Of a DNA stretch of 64,000 bases, positions 1 to 10,998 are shown piece after piece. The DNA comes from Azolla caroliniana (lineage: Eukaryota; Plantae; Polypodiophyta). The stretch spans positions 12,090,001-12,154,000 of the forward strand of contig JBHGNT010000010.1 of NCBI GenBank assembly GCA_043228905.1, in the 5' to 3' direction. The position numbers were made by a program, and so were the translations under genes. The stretch's first letter is position 1; every line of letters starts with the position of its first letter. The notes below the pieces were generated by a model, which saw only the letters and a program-made list of their open reading frames with translations, searched no databases and was not told the DNA's origin.

Positions 1-154
1 TCTGTTATTTCAACCTAAAGCATAACCTTTCAATGAAGGGAAAGAAACAATGCACTATGTAGTATTAGTAATTGTTCAGTTAGGTTAAAATTGCTACAAA
101 TCTAATCCTCATGACCCAACTTAGATATATTTTCCCACTTCTTCTTTTAAATAG

Positions 155-3100
155 GTCTTTTGAGAATCTTTTGGACCGTTTGGTGAAGAAAATTAAGCTA
201 AAATATCAAAACTCACCAGTGGAGAACCAAAACAACCAGTTGCACATAATGTGAAAAAGGGAAAGAAACTACTTTTTCACGACAACATTAGGAAACAACT
301 GTTTGACAAAGTTAGTCAAAAGGAGATGGTTGCAGCAATTGGTGGGGAGGACCTACCTGGCCATGATTTGACAAACAATGAGTGGTGCATGCAATATGTC
401 GACTTGAAAAAGAAAGTTGTCCTATTTACCGCAAAAAAGAAGGGGGACAGTCAACTTAGTAAAGAGAAAACCTTTACTTATGGCTGATTGTTACACCTTG
501 ACTACGAAGCCGCCGATTCCCTCAATCTTATCATAATGGTGGACTATTCGAAGGGAGTCCGAAAAATGTTTCTGTCTAAAGATCAGCTTGTTAAGGATTC
601 ATATGGTCCCGAATCTTTTAAAATCGTCATCGAGACTTCACAAATTCTTATAACAACATTAAGACCATATATAAAAAAACTCTAAGGGATGTGTCGCCAT
701 CTTCGGTGAAGGCCCCACAAAAGGACTCAAAGATGCAGTCGAGACCAACAAAGAAAAAGATCACAAAGATGTTAGAGTCCGAATCATCAAGTTCAATAGA
801 TGATGAGGAAACTCGGGCCACACCAGGTGCTGAGCTAGCATCAAGTGTTTTGTCTTCTGAGCAGAACAAGATTCGAAGAGAGTTAATGCAAAAGAAACTG
901 GTGAGAAAAGGTTGAAAGTCTTCAATTTGCCTATTATAACACACATTCATAGGCCACTAGTAGATGTTAATGCAGGACGAAGCAACTTGAGATTAGAGAG
1001 CCACATAGAATGCATGTTCAAAATCTCAAGAAAAAAATGAAAATAAATCCACATGCCACAGTTGTACCATTTATCGTAATGGTGGATCCTGACGAATGTT
1101 CTGCAATTGAGTATTTTGATGTGAGAAATCATGATCAATACAATTACTTTGTAATTGGTGGATCACATTCGGCTGAAGCACGGCGACTACTTGTAAGAGA
1201 GCACCCAACCACTTTTTTCTTCAAGTATGCCGAGTGTAAAATATACGTGGGCCTCACAACTGAAGAGGCAAAACTCTTGGCATGGGACCACAACAATGAC
1301 AACGACTACCAGCAAAAAATGCCATCCATCGAGCGGATAAGGTTCTTCCACCATGAGTACTTGGACGTCAAACAAAAGTTTGGTGTAAAGCTTCACTCCG
1401 GACTATGACGTCAATGTCTTTGTGAGGTCGGCATTGTTGTTGATGATAATGTTAAGTCAGATGGTCTTCGTAAGTACGAATCATGGTTTCAACTAGCCTT
1501 TAGAGATGGGGAAGTCTGGGACCTTCAAGATCAAAATTTTTCAATGTGGGAGAATAAGGAGGTCAAGGGTCAACGACAAAAAAAAGGTAGAGTAGACCCC
1601 CAACTCGAATTGAAATCAGAAGCGGCGAAGAAAATTGACCTGACAATTGAAGAAGCGGATGATGACATGAAGTTGTCTCTGTGGAGAGCAATGCAAGGCA
1701 TTAAGGATGAACAACTATTGGCGTCAGTGTTGTCAAGGGTTGTGGCCAAAGAATTGAGCCTAGAAGAGATGGTCACTGAGTTCAACAAGTAAGTCTTGTC
1801 AAATAGTTAAATGAAACAATTATGGTTTTATATAAAGTTCTAATCTCTATTGGTGATTTCACAGTCATAAGGTATATATGAAGATCCAAGAAGTTATGAT
1901 GAAACAACTTGCATGTATAACTTGGGAACAAGTGACTGATCAATAACTTGGGATTATCCTTTGATGTCTTCATATAAAACGTTATCTGAGTATTTCATTG
2001 CATTCAAGGATTGGGTTAGTATTCGTCTTTATAATAATGATTTGTTAATATGTAAATGTTGTGCATTAATAGTCGATGCCTTATTTTCTCTATTAGAAAC
2101 CTTGTCGTGGCAAGAAACCAGGAGAAGTCAAGGATATACACGACTTTCCAACATCCTTCCTCGCACATCTCGCGAGAGAGCCAAAAAAGAAAAAGATCAT
2201 CGCTTAGTCAAGGCGTACGAAATTGAAGAAGATGGCTCCTTCAAAAAATTTAGCCACAAGAAAGATGTTACAAAAGATCTCTACTATAATGTGATTTGTG
2301 GCAATATCGTAGAGATTATCTAGAAAGTGCCAAAAAAAGACTATACACTTTTGATTGCAGATATACCTTACGGATTTCAAATGGTTGGATCATCATACGA
2401 TGATGAACCTTTCATGTTGAAACAATTAGAAAAAATGGTTAGAGATTTTGTTGAGTTAACGACTACATCCTTGTGGAGGATAGTTGTGTTTCATCGCATG
2501 GGCCAAGGGTACTCGGCAGCTCAAGTGTTGAGATCTCATTGCCACGACATCGAGAACCTTGCTTGGTAAGGATTATTTATAAGTTTCATTCACCATACTT
2601 TTGTTCTTAATTTATTGAATCTATTCTTAACTCACCTATTATTCATTATAGGATAAAACCAACGTGAATATAGGACCGAACTTTTGGTTCGTAAATGCGA
2701 TTGAGTACATTACGGTTGGTTACTTCGACGAAATAAAGAAACAAAGAATCAAGGAGCAGTCTAATGAAGTTGGAGGTTCAAACCTGCTGGTATATCCAAC
2801 AGTCACACGCAAATTGCAAGATGTCACCACGACAGAACGGGGACTTGTCAACCCATACCAAAAACCTCAACGACTTATGATGCGCTTGATTGAAATGTTC
2901 TCGAACAAAGGAGATTGGATATTAGACCTATTTTCTGGCACATGTATCCTTTGAACTAGGTTTAGGTTGCTGATATAATCAATACTGATTCTTGTGGTTG
3001 GATAACTGAATCTTCTTGCCCATTTCTTTACAAGTACAACGTTTGCATGTGCATTGAAGCTCTTCAGAAATACTGTAGCATTGGAGGAGGACGAGGAGCA

Positions 3101-3386
3101 GATTATATTTATAAATATGAGGATTAAGGCCTTGTGGGAATGCCCAGACCAGGACGAGGAGGTCGGTGCAAAGCACATCGCTGATACGGAACGGTTTCAA
3201 CTGGCTTCCCGAGATCCTATTCCTCCGTCAGCTGGGGAACCGGGGGAGCTAATTGAGCTTGATGAAGAGTTTACAAAAGATCTTACGGTTGCTCGACTAA
3301 TAGGGGAAGACAATGCATAGATAGCTTATGAAACTTCTCTAAGGGAAGATGACAATAATGACGTTGATGATTTGATTGCTATGTAA
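155..3386 (+). pseudogene. Intron-containing ParB/Srx-like domain + beta-class N6-adenine/N4-cytosine DNA methyltransferase fusion gene, disrupted; 5' part lies outside the window
   Basis: Reconstructed exons about 155-1788, 1865-2014, 2097-2565, 2652-2943, 3034-3386. Donors GTAAGT (1789), GTTAGT (2015), GTAAG (2566), GTATCC (2944); pyrimidine-rich acceptors end at 154, 1864, 2096, 2651 (last one mutated to CAA at 3033). ParB-like pattern LEIRE..HVQNLKKKM..VPFIVMV..YFVIGGSHSAEARRLL..CKIYVGLTTEEAKLLAWDHN. MTase motif IV LLIADIPYG precedes NPYQKPQRLMMRLIEMFSNKGDWILDLFSGT|GTTFACALKLFRNTVALEEDEEQIIFINMRI (motifs X, I, II). Several internal stops and frameshifts. Confidence 0.8.
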
Positions 3387-3587
3387 TAGACTGTTTTTTT
3401 GATGAAGTGTAAACTTATGAATTCCAAGTTCTAATATCAATTTTGGGTTCTTCCATTCGTGTAGACCATTGTTTACATTGTTCTATATGTTTCAATTATA
3501 TTCCTATACACCTAGTTTGTTGACCGATGACTTCGGAAAGTTAAAGCTATATGAATGTTATTCAATTATTGCGTAAGGGAACCTTAT

Positions 3588-3752
3588 TTAACCTTAACCG
3601 TGATTTCGCGCATAAATTGTTGACTCTAATATGGAGAAACATGATTTACTTAAACTTAAGCCTAATTTTGCGCATCTATTGTTGTCTCTAATATGGAGAA
3701 ACATGAATTACTTAACCTTAAGCCTGATTCTGAGCATCTGAGAAACATGACT
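3588..3752. repeat. 62-bp tandem repeat, about 2.5 copies
   Basis: TTAAc/aCTTAA recurs at 3588, 3650, 3712; ATGGAGAAACATGA at 3631 and 3693. Confidence 0.85.
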
Positions 3753-4399
3753 TATTGATAGGGACAATCTCCAGGTCAAAGTTTACTTGAACATATTATC
3801 CCCATTGCCATGTGTTGCACACAAACATGTGGAGATTGTCAGTTTGGAGACTTTCAAGACTGTCGATGTTGGTGATGTGAATGGTCATCGAGACTACCAA
3901 AGTGGTTAATTGAGATTGTGTCTAATATATAATTGTCCATATATTATGGTTCTTTGTCTTCTATTGTTGGTTAGAATGGATAGTGTGTTCACAATTATCA
4001 AACTATTATGTTTGTTTGTCTTCCATTGCTGCTTACTTTGGGTAGTGTGTTGATAATGATCGATGCTACACTGTCCCATTAGTTGCACAACCTTGGAGTA
4101 ACACCTCTCATCAATATCTACATGTTTCATACACTTGTAGTTTAACTAGCGTTATCATTCGAAGTTCGATCTCATGAGAATCACCTAAGGATTAGATTGC
4201 ATCAACTTTAAACACAAGTATTGAAAGCTTTAATAACTTTGTTTTTTCAATCACATTATCCTAAGGTTCACTATCTTACATTAAGAACAATTATATAGAT
4301 ACGAGTATGGGTCAAAATCTTAATTATAACTCATTTTATTAACATGGATACAATTACACCTCATATTTTTGCTAGACTTAGCAAACAAATATAACTCTT

Positions 4400-5505
4400 T
4401 GTTGAGCGGGCAAGCTCCATTGGATCCAGATCGGCCGAATAAGCCAGAGCGGGATCAATATCCGGATATATCGGTATCCGGAACCTAGAGCTGGACCAAA
4501 GAACCGGATCGTACTCTGGAATAGTGAGAACCGGTTGGCCGTTGGAGCCTACGGTCCGATGCTAGTATGTAGGCATATTCCTTGGAGTTAGTGTCAGTCG
4601 CACGTATGAGCATTGAAGTACATGTCAGTACTTCTATCAATCCTTTTAAGGACTTGTATAATTTAAAGTGTTCTGTAGTACATTTGTATGTACAGAGTGT
4701 TATTATTACGAATTGAGTTTATGTTATTCTGCTCTCTCTCTCTCCCGTGTACTGTGCGTTCTTAAGCTTCCATTAAACCTTCATTTCTGTTTTAGTGTTG
4801 TTATCCGGTTGAGCCGGTTTATCTAAGCTTCCGCATATTAACTTTTACATGGTATCTGAGCGCGAGGGTTGGGAATCCTCAACAGCCAACGAGTGACACT
4901 CACAGACAAACCCTAACGCCCAATAAAAAACAAGAAGGAAGATATTAACAGAAGCATGGCGAGCTCGACCGAAGCAACTATGCGTCCAAGTAGTATAAAA
5001 TGCACAAGTACCTGTTGGGGCACGGATACTGGAGCTACGTGGAAGGAGCAAATGAAGCAGCGCCGGATTCGGCACACAAGGACTTCTCGGTATGGGAGCA
5101 AGGAGTGAACATGGTGTTGTACTACCTCACGTCCTGTGTGCATGACCAGATGCTTGGCTACATCAGAGATGCAAAGTCACTGAAGGAGGCCTGGGAAAAT
5201 CTCCGGAAGATTTTCACCGCAAGTACCACGACTCAGAAGTTGCAGCTCCGGCAAGAGCTCAACAGTATCCGGCAACGGGACATGTCTATCACCGACTACA
5301 CCACCAAGATCAAGGAGATTTGTGACTTGCTCGAGCCCATCAACATGATGGCGGATGAAGACAAGATGGTCCAGATCTACCTCGGTTGTCTAGCACACCA
5401 GTACGGGCCAATCCGGACGACAATTTGCACCCGGGAGAAGCTACCATCCTTCTTTGACCTGCAATTGATGCTCATGGTCGAAGAAAACCACGCGAGTGGG
5501 TCAAG
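4400..5505 (+). mobile_element. Ty1/copia 5' fragment: LTR (4400-4849), PBS, gag
   Basis: LTR TGTTGAGC...TTTTACA, tRNA-Met PBS TGGTATCTGAGC at 4850, gag ORF 5000-5548 (YLLGHGYWSYV...AWENLRKIF...KLQLRQEL). LTR resembles 63329-63709. Confidence 0.9.
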
Positions 5506-6243
5506 GGTCAGATCAAAGAATGACAGTGGTTTCTCCTTGTGCAAATAGCCATCCAAATCGGCCTGTACCTTTGTGCTAGACCACCGAGGCAGATCTGTAC
5601 CATCTCATCTTCGCCCACCGTCATATTGATGGACCCTAGGGCATCACAAATCTCCTTGATTTTGGTGGTGTAGTCGGTCACCATCATATCCCTCTGTCGG
5701 ATATTATTGAGCTCTTGTCAGAGGTTCAACTTCCGGGCTGTGGTACTTGTGGTGAAAATCTTCTTCAAGTTTTCCCAGGCCTCCTTCAACGTCTTCGCAT
5801 CTCGAATGTAACCCAACATTTGGTCGTGCACACATGATGCAATGCAGTACAAGATTCAGCTTGCTACTTGCTCCCACACTGGAAAATCCTTGTGCGCCGA
5901 ATTTGGTGCTACTTCCTTTACACCTTCCTCATAGCTCCAGTAATCGTGCCCAAGCTAGTATTGGTGCATCTTGTAGGACCAAGATGCGTAGTTGCTCCGG
6001 TCGAGGTTTTCGGTTGGAAGCGAGCTGGTCATGCTTCTGTTCATTTTCTTCTTCTTGTTTGTTCTTACCGGGGTCTAGGGTTTGTCTGTGCTACAACTCT
6101 CGTCGGTAGTAGAGGATTCTCAACCCTCGCGCTCTGATACCATGCGAAGATTAGCGTGCGGATGCTAAAAACAGACACAACCGACTCAGTCGGACAACAA
6201 TAGAAAACTCAGAGAACAACGGAGAACACACAGAGCATAAAGA

Positions 6244-6315
<72 letters not shown>

Positions 6316-6657
6316 AGAACATTGAAAACTCGATTTCAAAAAATAACACTTTGTACATACAAATGTGCTTAGTGAGCACTTTTATAGAAGTCCATAAAGG
6401 ACGGTTAGAAATACGGTCAAGTACTTAAAGGCTCATAACTGAGCTACTGACACTAACTTCTAGGAATATAACTTCCTGGTAATATAGGATCGTAAGCCTC
6501 TAACAGCCTACTTGCTTAGAGGCTTACCTGCTCCGCACGGATCTGCTCACCGATCCGGCTTCCGATCCGATCTGGGCCTAGTCGATTGGTCTTCACCAGA
6601 TCCGGCTCTCGACTTGTCCAGCCGATCCTGACCCACGTTGAGCTTGCTCGCTCAACA
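5506..6657 (-). mobile_element. Ty1/copia 5' fragment in opposite orientation: LTR (6143-6657), PBS, gag
   Basis: Minus strand starts TGTTGAGCGAGCAAGCTC at 6657; PBS TGGTATCAGAGC at 6131-6142; decayed gag homologous to 5000-5500; (AG)n tract inside the LTR. Confidence 0.85.
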
Positions 6658-6802
6658 GCAGATCACACATGCCCTTGGTTGAGCGACATGTACCGTTCGT
6701 TCCCGCGATTCCCTCCCTTGCCCACTTTAATATGTATTTGGTAGTAGTTAGACACCCTCACACCAGGGTCCAACATATGTACGTACGTATGTATGTATGT
6801 CT

Positions 6803-6924
6803 GTATGTATAGGCTCCAGAATATATACATATGTATGGTATGTATGTATAGGCTCCAGAATATATACATATGTATGGTATGTATGTATAGGCTCCATAAT
6901 ATATACATATGTATGGTATGTATG
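6803..6924. repeat. 39-bp tandem repeat x3 upstream of the DUF3593 gene
   Basis: GTATGTATAGGCTCCAGAATATATACATATGTATGGTAT repeated three times. Confidence 0.9.
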
Positions 6925-7059
6925 TGATCGAAAAAGAAAGAAGAAGAAGAGAGACAAATGAGTGTGGTGTGTGTGGATGATGATGATGGTGATGATATGA
7001 GTACATATTGAAAGAGTGGAGTGGAGTGGAGTGGAGTGGAGTGGAGTACATATGTATGT

Positions 7060-8709
7060 ATGGCAGTGGCCAAAGGGGCAGCAGCAATCTCAATCTCTCC
7101 AGGATGCGGGATCTTCTTGTTGAAGGACAGAAGAAGAAGAAGAAGAGGAAATGGAGATGGAGATGGAGATGGAGATGGAGATGGGTGGTGGTGCCCAAAC
7201 ATGTGCAGACTTAGAGAGGAAGGGGGAAGGAGGAGGAGGAGGAGGAGAAATGGTTATGGTGGCAAATGCAGAGGAGTGGTGGTGGTGGCTCATCATCATC
7301 ATCTAACGGAAGGAGGAGGAGGTATGGGCTTTGATGCCTTCTTCTTTCTCTTGAACAACGTCAACGTGTTGGTGGATCCATGGGCCCCCAACAGCATGGA
7401 CATGGATCCTTCTTCTTCTTCTTCTTCTTCTTCTTCTTCTTCTGCTTCTTCTGTGGCATCTCAGCTGTTTGCCGCCTCGCTCTTCCCTTACCTGGCCTTC
7501 CTCTTCCACATCACACGCTCCAAAACGGCTCCCAAGCTCACCCTCTTTGGCTTCTACTTCCTGCTTGCCTTCGTCTTCGCCACCAGTAAGTCCTCAATTC
7601 CTTTCCTTTTTTCTTTTCCTCCCTCCCTCTTGTCTCTTCTTAAATCTGTCTCTACTCAATTAACCTTAAATGTTTCTTCTTCTTCTTCTTCTTCTTCTTC
7701 TTGTGTCTTGCAAATCGGCTCTAAATGGATGGATGGATGGATGGATGCATACCAACAAAAAATCAATGGCCTTCAATCATCCTGCCTCTTTATCTAGTTC
7801 CTGCTGGTATCTATGGTAAGTATGTAAACCCCATCCCCATCCCCCTCATCCATTTCCGCTCTCCTCCCCCAATTATTGTGACCACGTTTTATCTCAAGCT
7901 TTATCAGTCTTGTCGCTCTCTCCACGCTTTTGGTAGCGACTGCATCTTCTTAAAACCCACGGTTTTTGGGTTTTAAGAATTCGTGGCACTACATCAATCT
8001 CAAAATGCTGCATATGAACTGCCACACACTTACTTATCAAAACAGAACAAAACAAAACATGAACACACATGACTGATGCGACAGACAGACAGACAGACAG
8101 ACAGCCGTAAAAACAAAACAAAAAAACTGGCACCTTTGAAAAACAAAAGTGTATGCTTCAACATTCGAAGAGAAAGAGCGCACAGATCAGATCAGATCAG
8201 ATCGAGAGGAAGTATGAGAACTGTGGATTAGAGCCAATGTTAGTTAGTTAGTTAGTTAGTTAGTTAGTGTCACATGAGTCTCCAACTTACTACTTTATTT
8301 GAATGTGAACTTGTCTGTAAAAACAAAAGAAGAAAAACAATGTGAGCTGTAGATAGATCGTATCTATGCTAGTGTTACCTGAGTTTCAAACTTACTACTT
8401 TATGGATGTGAACTTGCTCTTCATTTTGCAATTTAAGGGTTCCACTTCATTTGGTTGTGTTCATTTCCTTGCTTCTTCCTCATTTTCATGATATTGTCTC
8501 CTTCTTACCTGTTATTGTCTTCATCTACTTGTGCAGCAAAGATAAGATATGGAACTTCCCTTGCAAATGTGGATTGGCTTCATGGGGGTGCTGAGTCTCT
8601 GCTGACATTAACAAATCTTTTCATTGTGCTTGGTTTAAGAAAAGCTCTACGCGAGCCTAATGAGGTAACAGAACAAAGCCATGATGTTATTGAAGATGAA
8701 AAGATATAG
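7060..8709 (+). CDS. DUF3593-family membrane protein, probably plastid-targeted; exons 7060-7585, 7798-7815, 8537-8709
   Basis: Spliced product SQLFAASLFPYLAFLFHITRSKTAPKLTLFGFYFLLAFVFAT-IPAGIY-AKIRYGTSLANVDWLHGGAESLLTLTNLFIVLGLRKAL matches the cyanobacterial/plant DUF3593 pattern. GT-AG introns keep frame. Start codon inferred; low-complexity N-terminal extension. Confidence 0.88.
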
Positions 8710-10479
8710 TGAGATATTTAATTCTGGCGCGCCCTCTCATATGGAAGAAATTGCTGCTTTCCATTTGTTACCTGTTATTTTAGCACCCAATGATGCAAAT
8801 GGCATAACACTGTTGTATGCTATAGACATATATTCCCTAAGTAGCAACATATTTCAACTGTCACCAATCAAAATTTGGCCATTGTTCAATAATTTTATCG
8901 CATTTCTTCCTGGAACCCAATTGAGGGTGCGTCTTCTTGATTTATATAATGAATGATGGCAGAAATTGTAGATGCAAATCTAGCAACTCAAGAAATATTG
9001 TGATTATTGATGAAATATACCATGCTATTTGCTCCCTCAAGAATGGGTTATTGTGATGAAATTTGCTCCCTCAAGAATGGGTTATTGTGATTATTTTCCA
9101 CGTTACCATGAGAAGGTGTTCCTTCCCAATGGACTCTTCAAATTTGCAAGCTAATAAAAAACGAGAAGCACAAAGGGTGTGAATAAAACTCCTCAAACGG
9201 CTGGTGCAATTTATTTTCCTTATCAGTAACATATGCCTTTTTTACACACGATCAAGGCTACCATCGAAAGGCCCGAACTCCAAACAATCCATGTTGAATA
9301 AACTAGTCATCAACACCAAGTTACTCATGCTTATCCAAGCAATTATTTGGTGCTTTTATGTGTTGTAATGTATTACAAATGCAGTTGAGGCCCCAAATTA
9401 TGTGAGGTGAAGTACATTGGTAAGATGATTTGAATTGATGTACTAGATCAATGTAGTAACTACATTATAATGAATTATGTGCTCAACCATGCTAAGAAAG
9501 AATCTTTGAATTCTCAATATATCGAAATGCTATAATGATAAGAATAATTTTAATTTGACTGTTTACTTTAAAAGTGAATTTGTCTCTCAAGTCTAGTATG
9601 TGTGAGTTATATAGCAAGAGAAGCATTTGATCAAGTATACTAATCCATTGAAAGATAATACTCTAACTTCATTGTGTCGTCCAAAATGAGTTGTATGAGG
9701 TGATAACATGTAAGATAAGAACACATCGTTGACCAAGACTATTGATGGCCAATGCTTTATAGTTGGTAGGGTACACAACCTACCTATACACAAGCATGAC
9801 ACAACCCCCTAGTTCGTAATATTTGCGTATGTTCAATTTAGTAGATCTATGTGAACGTTTGCGTATGATACATGATATTAGTTTCCCTTATTTTTTTCCT
9901 TTTGGGTTTCTGTTTTATATATGTGCCGCAAACTGAAGTTTGAGGAGGACAAAATGAAGAAGACAAGCAACCTCTACCTACGGCCCTCCATCGGACATCC
10001 TTATTACTCACAACCGCCCTCCATCCATCGTCACCTACTGCCCTCCATCCTGATTCCTTGCAATCGCCTTCCATCCATCCTCACCCGCCTACGGCCTTAC
10101 CAATTTTTCCTTTTTGATTCTTCTTTAAAGGTACTTACAATTACTTGTAGTTCCATATATCTCAGATTTTGCTTATGCTTGGTTCTTTCTATCTCAGATT
10201 CTCAAGTTAGTAGGCTTGCTTGTAGGCAGTTATAAGCTGATGTAAAATCCTAATATTTAGATATAATGTTGAAGTGTGTGATTCAATAAGATTGTGAGTT
10301 AAAGTCTTCAATAATGGGTTTGATTTGCTTTCATTGTAAAATTGTGTCATAAAACTCACTCGAAACAATGCAAAATTCTGATTTGAATACAACTTAAGTT
10401 TCTCTCTTCTTTCATAAGGAAGAGAGTTATTGGCTTATATTGAATAAGAAGGCGACACAGCTAACCTAATGAATTTTGG

Positions 10480-10669
10480 GTATCTATGCATATAGCATTT
10501 GTTTTATCATCTCTACCAAGTATATCCAAATTAATAATTAGTGTCCCATTTTGAAATTGATGCTATCAATGAGAACTTCTATCTTGGGAGGAGAAAGATT
10601 AATGTGACACTAATTATTAATTTGGATATATTTAGTAGAGATGATCAAACAAATGCTATGCATAGATAC
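10480..10669. repeat. Inverted repeat with about 70-bp arms and about 50-bp loop inside the hAT 5' region
   Basis: GTATCTATGCA..TAGCATTTGTT..ATCATCTCTAC..TATATCCAAATTAATAATTAGTGTC pairs with GACACTAATTATTAATTTGGATATA..GTAGAGATGAT..AACAAATGCTATGCATAGATAC. Confidence 0.85.
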
Positions 10670-10998
10670 ATTGTTTCTTAATTGCATGATTGTATTTACT
10701 TGTTAGAATGCTAATTATTAGAATGCTTGGTTCTTTCTATCTCAAGATAGTAAGCTCGCTTGTTATAGGCTGATGTATGCAAAGGGAATCCAATTTGGGG
10801 TCAAAATACATCATATACGCTATTGAAAATTTGAATGTGCATTGTGTTTTTTTCTTATGTTTTGTTTTATTTTTCACATCAATGTGATTATAGTTTTATG
10901 AAATCACTTCCTAAATTGCTAATGTATACATCAATGCGATTGTTGTTTTATGAAATCACTTCCTAAATTGCTAATGTATACATCAATGTGATTCTAGT

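Noticed and set aside
155-3386. Bacterial contaminant or restriction-modification operon
   Set aside because: Conserved motifs are split by GT-AG introns, the locus is contiguous with plant TEs, and no restriction enzyme is visible.
6663-7202. Long ORFs with 13-aa repeats on the minus strand
   Set aside because: Products of the 39-bp repeat and microsatellites, antisense to the DUF3593 gene.
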